The notes under the pieces are model-generated. The model was not told the origin of the DNA and made no database searches. It worked only from the letters and a program-made list of their open reading frames with translations. Source: an uncultured Planctomycetia bacterium (GTDB lineage Bacteria > Omnitrophota > Gorgyraeia > Taenaricolales > CAZCCH01). From it: DNA of 33,743 nt. The stretch lies in contig CAZCCH010000015.1 in the NCBI GenBank assembly GCA_964497315.1, positions 1-33,743 of the forward strand, written 5' to 3'. Every line of letters starts with the position of its first letter. Positions within the stretch are counted from its first letter, which is position 1. This document shows positions 19,012 through 28,000 of the stretch, in pieces. The position numbers were made by a program, and so were the translations under genes.

Positions 19012-19033
19012 ATCTAAAAAATAGACTATTATT

Positions 19034-22000
19034 ATGAAACTATCAAACTCTAATATCCACAAAATTATATCAATAGCACTCCTTGTGACGTTTATGATGT
19101 CACTGATAGGGCCGGAGCTTGCCTTAGCTTCTTCTGAAACCCTTAGACCCCATGTTACATCAAGAAAAAAACCTCTTCTAAAAGAGATGATTGCAAGGTT
19201 TACTGAGTTGCAACGTCCTTCAGTAGCATCTAGTGCAGAAGACTTTAGAAAAGATGAAGTGCGCATAGTTAGAGAAATGACTGAAGCTGGACAGCTTTAT
19301 TTTCGCCATGAACCAGAAAAACCAAGTGCAATATACTATATACCATTTTTGCGATATAGAGCAAGGCTTACACGTTGTAGGGGTGTAGCTGATTATACCA
19401 GTGCTGTGTTGAATGAGAAAGATAGAAGGTTTTCTACATTTAAGAGTGAGCGCGATGGTTTTGAGCGTTGGTTTAGAACTTCCCAGGAAGGTTTTCCATC
19501 GGCAGCATTGTACGACATTGATGTTCATCCTCAAGACTTAAATGATGCCATTGCAGCACTCATAGAGCAGAAGACCAAAGAAAAGGACAATACCATTACT
19601 GTCAGGGCCTTCGGTTCTGGTTTACCGGCCTTACTTTTACCTGGAGATCCAGCTACACTTCTAGCAGGAGATGTTGAAATAGAAACTATTTTAAAGTTTA
19701 TATTATCAGGTCTAAGGCATACCAGGAATAAAGCAAAATGGACTGTGGTAGTTTATGTATATGATAAAAAGACAGCTTATTTAGGGCAACTGGAAAAGGT
19801 TCTTTTGGAAAAATTAGAAAACTCACCAATGCCATTTAATATTGTATTAAATCTTAGATATGGTGATATAGCAGATAGAGAGCAATACCCATATATGTTT
19901 GAAGAACAAAGTGACATTAATGTTTGCCGTAATATCACTCAAAGTGGTGAGAGTTTTTCTAAAGGAGATAGTATTTTTCATGGGCAATTAGTTAATAGCC
20001 TGTCACCTCATGGGTTTATTATACATGGTGCGCGTAGAAGGGGAGATAGGATTATATTAGCTTCTGATAGAGATGCTCTTAAGAGGTTAAGTGGCGATTT
20101 TCTGGATAGTAATTCTTCAGAAGATGAAGCTACTAGTAGGTTTTCAGAAATAGGTGCAATAGGTCACTTGGAAGAGGAAAGAAAAACAGAAGATCTTATT
20201 GCTGCATTGACTGCCTTTGATATTCCTTTTATACCCACAGAAAGCAATTGTGAATTTACAAGAATTTCCGCAGGTCATTCAAACCTTACGTATAATATTA
20301 AGCATAATGGCAAAAATAGGCATATTCTTCAACAAATGAGCACAATTTATGATGCAAATGCCCTTAATGCTAATCTGAACTTATTAGAACAGGCTCAAGA
20401 TGCATGGCTTAAGGAAGGCGCAGAAGATGAATACTGGCAGCCCGTTCATTATGTTAATGTCAAGGGCGCTTCTGATAAGCTATATTGTGATACAGCAGGC
20501 AGAATTTGGCGTTTAATGGATTATATTCCAGGAGAGGTTTTTGGAAAATTTAGTGATGTTCCTCAGAGTGATCGTAGAGAGATTGCCCAATCTCTTGGTA
20601 GGGCAATTGTTGTTTTTCGAAGAATGCTAGAATCAGTTCCTTTAGAAAGCTGGGAAAAGGATATGTCAGGTTTTCATGATCCACAATACTTTTATGCTTA
20701 TCTTCATTCTATTTGGCTGGGTCAGGAGGTGCCATTGAATTTTACTGATGGATCATCACATATGGTAGTTAGAGATCCTAGCGTAACAAGTGAATATTCA
20801 GAAAGAATAAATCTCTTAAAGAGAAAGATTGAAGATAGGAGACATATCTTAACTAGCTTAGATGAACTTGGCCAGGTTGTTTCACATGGAGATTTAAAGA
20901 TTGATAACCTATTCTTCCGAAAACACAAAGGCCGCTGGAAGTGCATATCTATTGCTGATTTAGATACGATACAACCTAGAAACGTCCTTACTGATCTTGG
21001 TGATGCACTGCGTTCTGCCGGCAACCCAGCTGGGTCAGAACCGAGAGCAATAGATGATGTAACAATAGATGTTGATGTGGTCACAAATATAATAAATGGA
21101 TACCTAGAAGCCACAGCAGGGTTTTATGATCACACAGAGGCAGAGCGCTTGAGACCACATACTATTGAGGCATTTAAACTTCTTCTGTATGGGCAGTCTA
21201 TGTGGTATTTAGCAGATGCACTTACTAATAGCGCATACTTTAATATAGGTGCAGAGAGAGCGCTATATAAGGCAGAGGTGCAGATGAGGGCATTGGAGCA
21301 GTTGGAAGAGTTAAGTCTAATTAAAGATGGCCCATTTGCTGATTTTGTCAAACCTGATGCCAGTAGGTTTGGGGAAAGGACTGCCGAAGAACGAATTGCT
21401 GCGCTGCGGGAAGATTTGGTGTATTATGAAGCAGCCGCGACAGCGTCTTCAGCACCTGATCAGGATTTTCCAGATGATATTTGTGATGTAGGTACAGGCG
21501 AAGCCCACCTGATGAATGAAGTCCACATTGCAGCTGATTCTGATGAGCGCCCTGAAAGAATAATTAGCGCATACACCGCTGGTCCTTGCCGGGCATATGT
21601 TATTAAAGGTAGAGTAAATGATGAGACAAGATTGTTTCTACGACATAGAGCTGCGGTAGAGGGCATACTTGATGATTTAAGAGAAGATATAGCCGCTTTA
21701 GAGAGAGCTGGCATGCAAGATAGAGAGGTTGTTTTTAAGCTTGATTTAAAGACGCAAGCCGGCCTGGAGGTCGTGAGGCTTGGATGGGTTTCTCCAGAAG
21801 AACTGAGGGAAAAAATTAAGGAAATATGCGGGCCTCGAATCTATACAGAAGAAGGCATTTTCCCACATGAAATTACTGATGTAATTGCAACCCAGGAAGG
21901 AGTAGTTATTTATTGCCCATATAATTCTAATGCCTCCAAGATTATCTTATGGCCAGAAAGCAAGGAAGGTGTATTCATGGATGCTGTATTGCCCAATGCA

Positions 22001-25000
22001 GAAGTCGTAGAGGATGAGGCATTTTCTGCTCAAAGCAGGTTTGGGGAAATGGCTGTTGATGCACTCAAGGGGAACATAAAGAGAGCGGTGTCTGTATTTA
22101 GGGATACGGCTATTGTAAAAAGTCCACAGTTAATAGAGGAAGACAAAAACAGAGTTTGGGTTATTAACAATATCTTTGAAGATAGATTCCTTCTAGATAG
22201 CGTAGTTTTAAAAGATCCAGACCCTAAACATGAAGAATATTTTTATGCTTCAAGAGAAGGGCTTGATATGTATGAGGCCCATTTTGAGAGTGACTATCCT
22301 CGCGTTGAAATAGCCCAAACAGTGATAATCGATAATCCGAAGGAAAATGATCTAGTTGGTACAAAAAGGGCATCACAGTGCCTTCCACTACTATTTGCTA
22401 ATATTCCTGATAACAAGCCCAACATGATAGGTTCTTCTCATATATTCACTTCGACAGACCCGACATTTTCATCCTTGGGTGATAAACTTCTTGACGCTGG
22501 ATATGAAAACCTAATTGTTGTAATTCCTCGTCCGAAAAAGCTTGGACGAACCGTAGCTCCATTCGCATTAAGAACATCTCAGTATGAGGAGGTGATAGCT
22601 AATATGCGAGCTAAAGGAATTACAGTATACGAGGTACCTTATCAAGACGTTTCAATAAGTGCTGCCGCAACAGCAGATGGTTTTGCGATATTCATAGAAA
22701 AATTCGTTGACCCCACAACAAAAAGGACAAAAGACATTGAAGAATTTGTTCTTCTTGAACCTATAAAAACATGGCAAGAATTCTCAAGTAGGTTTGGGGA
22801 GGTTGCTATTATTGAAGGTAATGCTGCACCGGAAGTTCTTCCGGCAACAGAGAATAGGATAGAGCTTGCGTTGAATATGCCTTCTGAAAGGGCTACGCAA
22901 ACAGGAACTGCCTGTATTAGACCCACGAAGGAAAGGGGATTTGCTGATGTATGGAGCCGCAGGGATTTTATGAAAGCCGGTGCTTTTGCTACGACTGTAG
23001 CAACTGTTTTTGGCAGTTTACCGAAGACCGGAGTTGCTGCTACGCCAGATGCTATTAAAGTCAAGGCAAAGGAGCTTTGTACACAATATTTAAAAGATGT
23101 TTGCGATGAGAAGATAACACTTGGACTAGATAATAGTTTAGGAACCTGGCGTGAAGTTCTCAAGGACAGGGAAGAATACGCCGACTTACTCAAGCCCGAT
23201 AATAATTATGCATTGCTTACTGCGTTTGTTTTTGACACGTTGTTTCCTGCGCTAGAGGAAGCTGCAAGCCGAACACGTGTCAGTGCCCATAACGCATCTA
23301 TAAATATAGAATTAGCCTTAATGAATCTCTTGGATAAAAAAGATGAAAAGGTCGAGGCATTTTTACGTCATACCTTAGCCAGGACCACTGACTCCTTGGT
23401 TAGAACAAGACGAATCCAGAATAAGGTAGAACGCGATAGACGAATTGGTATTGCACTGCAAAGACTGGAGAGCGCCTCTGCTTACATAGGGCCAGAGATT
23501 TCAGATAAGCTGGTTAGTATAGTCAAATTACACGATAGTTTAACGCAGCTTGGTCTGGAGCAAAAGGAAGAGATAGAAAGAGTATCCATGGAGATCAATA
23601 GTTTGATAATAGACCTAAATAAAATTCTAATTCCGCTTGGCTTATACTGCAGGGTTTCAATGAATGTAAGTCTGGGTGATGACAAAGAGCATATCTACAT
23701 CAAGTCGTTTAAAATAGAAAAAACCCGTTTATATAAAGCAACTGACGGCAAAGTTGTTAAGGTCTATATTGTAAAAGGGATAGATAACATAGCTATAACA
23801 AATGTCTTTGGTTTTCGCAGACTGGAAACAGACTATGCTGTAGTAATTTTAGATAATATAGAATCCAAAGCGAGAGACATAGAGGAAGTCCTAAAACATG
23901 GAAAATCTGATGCCCATAAGGATATAGAGAGCAGGCTGACTGCAATTGGGAAAGCAAGATTAGCAGACCTAAGGGTTTTACTTGTTGAGCTGGCAAAAAA
24001 GGAATTTAGTGGTTTGACCAGACAGCAAATAATGAATAAGATTCAAGTTTTAATCGAGACCCACGAGATAAGACATGTATTAGATAGGGGTAACTTTACA
24101 AGGGAAGAGCGCGATAAAAAAGAAGGTTCGGCTTTTATGGCAGAATTGATTCTGGCAGAATTGATTACAGGTACAGCTACATATTATAGTGTATTAAAAT
24201 GGGCTGAACATGTATTCAGAGGAGGAGAGCATGATTATGCCGCAAGGATGGTATTTGAAGGATTGATGAAAAAAGCAAAAGAGAAGGGATATGTAAATGC
24301 ATCCGTAAACCTGAAACATGTTAGCTTTAGAGAGTTGATAAAGACAGTAGAGACATTGCGCAGGCTAAGTAAGGGTGAAATTGCAGGTCTGGCAAGAGAG
24401 TCCTATAAAGAAATATTTGGTTTTGAATTTATAGATGCCTTGCCTGTCATTCAGCCTCCTGGTCGCTTTACCGAGCCAAAAAAGACAGCAACGTGTGAAA
24501 TAGCAATTAGAGGGAGAATGCATATTATACCCTCAGACTTGCTTGCCTATGAGCTATCAAACCTTTATAACGCAGTTAGGGGTAAGATTAATTTTACATT
24601 TAAGAAGGAGCTAGGAGACGATAGAGTTCTTGAAATGACTAATCCCGGGACAATAACTAATATTCTTAGCTTTGGACTGGGGCCTGGGGATATTCTAGAA
24701 GTTAGCGTGGAAGAGGACCTACCACGAGATGTGCAGGAAGAGGCATTGAATTACATTGAGGCTTTGTTTAATAGCTACCATATACTACAAGCAACTCAAT
24801 TGGCGCAGATGCATGGTGCTGAGCAGGCACGGATGGCTTTAGGTGGAACACCCTATGTTGATCTTGCCTCAGCAGAGCAGTATGGATTGGAGATAGTGCG
24901 TTCAGATCTATCTAGCAGTCTTTGGCCTGCATTAAGAAGACTAATAAGCATGTTGAAGCGTGATGTTGAGATTTCTCGTTTTACAGAAAGGGGAGATGAA

Positions 25001-28000
25001 ATACCCACTTCACCAGTCGATCCTGCAAGGTTTAGGGAAGATAGTAGGCTCATAGATGAGCGGGCAAGGGATATGCTGAAGGTGCTGTGTGAAAGCAGGC
25101 GCAGCCAGCCAACCAACACCAAAGCACGAAGGGCATTGGTGCGTTTAGAACACCTCGTGGATTCCAGATGGTCGTATGGTGAACAGTGGAGCGAAGTTAT
25201 CGATACATTGCGCGAAGCCGGACTCATCACCTCAGATACGGCAGGGTGGCTCGGCAGTTTGGATGATGAAGTTGTGCGCAGAACCATGTTCTATGTGACT
25301 GTGCGTTATCTTGACATAATGGAGCATGAAGTTTTATTTCACGGAACCTCACTGCATAACATAGACAGTATCAAGAAACATGGTCTGCACCCTGAGCATG
25401 TACCCCCGGGCAAAGAAGAACTTCAAAGGGTATTTGGCATAGTAGGCAAGGCGCTCGGAGAAGATCGCGCAATGGAGATTACAGAAGGTCAATTAAGTTT
25501 TGAATATGATCTAAGCCTTGCTAATTTTTACTTTGCTATCCTAGGCCCTGAGATGTTGCGAAGAGCGATAGGGGATTTACAAGAAATAAAGAAGCTAGGT
25601 TTTCCTGAAATTGATGAAGCAGATAGAAAATTTATAGAATATTTTCTTGAGCACTGGAATGATGGGTATCTTTCTTCAAACCAGCCATGCCTTCTGGCCG
25701 TACCGTTTAAGACAATCGTACAGTTTATGGATTTAGAGCAAGACGCTTACCAAAGGGATCGGACTAGGTTTCTGAAAAGGCCGCACGAATTTTTTAATGA
25801 TGTTATATTGCTTTACCTGTTTCCTTGGGAAACCTGGGTGGGGGAGGGTACATTGTTACCATTCCGCCTTCCAGCGCTTGATAAAATTGAAACAGCAATG
25901 CACGAACAAATGGCCGTTACCTTCCATGACGTGCATACATATTCCAGACCTAACTATGATCTGGGTGATATTTATGTTGTTACTGGTAAAAGAGATGCCC
26001 TCAATCTAGTACCGCTAAAACAAGTAGAAATAGATGAGCTTGAGAGAACCGCTGTTGTCCTCAGAGAAGTAAATCAAGAATGTCAAGAAAAACAAGGAGA
26101 AGTTTTCAATCGTAGCTTTTCTTCCCAGGAAGCACTTGATTTTTGCGCCGAGCTTCACAGCATTGCCCGGGAAGCCATTGCCAAGTCAAATTATGAGAGA
26201 ACCGATGGGTTATCAGGTGCTCGCTTTTCTGAGCAAGTTGAGTTTGTGGAGGATAAACTGGTCAGGGAACCAATAGAGGATGAAAATCTAACCTTGGACC
26301 AAGTGGAACAAATTGAAAGAGACAGACAGCAGATTGAAGCAGAATTGACTCGGCACTACGGGGATGCCGAGGCGTTTTTTGGAGAAGGACCACGTGATGG
26401 GATAAGAATTATTGCAACCACTGATGAAGAAGGCGAATTGATAGCAACTAGCCCCATTTATTATATAGCCCAAGGGGTAGCAATAAATGAGACCAGGCAA
26501 GAGGTATTGCTGAATTATCTTAATACGACTAGAGCGGGGATAGCAGAAGAAGGTTCGCGATATACGGTTTTTCATGAGATGGGTCACTGGGCTAATGAAA
26601 GTAGAGGTATTTCTAGTATAGTGCGGGAATTGATAGGTCCACAGATGGAGGAGATAGCGGCTTCGCATATTGAGAGGCATCCGGATGAATTGGGATTTTA
26701 CCTTGACTTGTATAATTCAAAGCTTAGAGAAGGTGAGATTCCTGTGGATAGGCTGCAAGAGTTACTGAAAGGCTGTTTAGTCGTCAAAGGCCTTACGCTT
26801 TTCGAGGATTGCTTGGTTGACAGGCAGTTATTAGAGTTAGCTCGCGCAGGAGATCTCGAAGGACTTGACAGAGAATTAATTGGTACAAGGAAAATACTTT
26901 TAGGCGATAAGCTAAAACAGCCAGATCTTTGTTGTCTCGCCATACTTAGATACAGGCTGCTTGAGGAAGTATATTCTCCAGATGATAGGACCAAGGTAGA
27001 TATTTTCCCGGATGACTTCAATCCAGAAAACTTTGGAATAAACGCAGAAATGATGAAGCAGATAGATGATGATGCGCGAGCGATGGCTGTGGCAATCAGG
27101 GGTGCGGAGCGCATGATAGCTAAATACGCGCCAGGAAAAATTGCGCCTCCAGGAGATTTGAGGGATTTAAAAGGCAGGCTGAAGTCATCTGTTGGAGATT
27201 TTATGCGACCATTGAAGAAATATCTTACCATTCCTGCGCTAATTTCTTATTTCAAGCTTAATCATACCCGAGTAGATCCCACGCGTTTCACCGAGGGTAC
27301 GGGTTCACTTAGTGCGGAGGGAAATTTGCCCGGCGATCAAACACTAGGTACTAGTGATTATTCCCCTGCCCGGTTTGTGGAAGGGGATGCCATTGCGCAA
27401 TGGCCTATTTCTATTGACGAGGCATTATTAAGAAGTGGTGAGTCTGCACGAGCTATTGCTGTAGAACCTGACTATGTTCCACCTTATGGAGTTTTAGCTC
27501 CTGGAGCTATTAATATTTCTGATTATCTCGCACTTGGCATGCTTGCTGCTTCAGGGATATCAAGTGAGCCGCAAGGGCAGGATGGGAAATTGAGCCGCAG
27601 GACGTTTCTTAAAGCTGCAGCCGCAGGAGCAGGCGTGGCAATTGGCAGCGCAGTAGTTCACAAGGTTCTAAAAAGCGATGATATAACACCGCGCATTTTA
27701 GATGATGCAGCCGATGAAAGATTAAGAAATGCTGGTAAGGCGATAAGTGCTAAATTCATGCATGTCTATGAAGAATACAAGGACAAAAATCCCGCCGAAA
27801 CAAAGCTGGTACGTGCACTTTTTAGAAAAATAAATGACCACAAGACAGAAAAGGAGATCATGCACCATCCTGAGCTTAAACACAAAAAAGATAACGTAGA
27901 CGTACTAATGGGTATAGGCGAACCTGCCGATGATAATGGTGAATCCCCTATCTATCTTTCATATAGCATACTGGGCCAACCCGATGAGATATTATGGGCA

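Noticed and set aside
22642-23193. 183-aa minus-strand ORF, one of several long antisense ORFs inside the giant gene (others at 26698..27231 and 28573..29265)
   Set aside because: They lie antisense to a plus-strand ORF with multiple recognisable protein motifs. The GC-richer composition lowers stop-codon frequency in the opposite strand. No start or SD context and no motifs were found.
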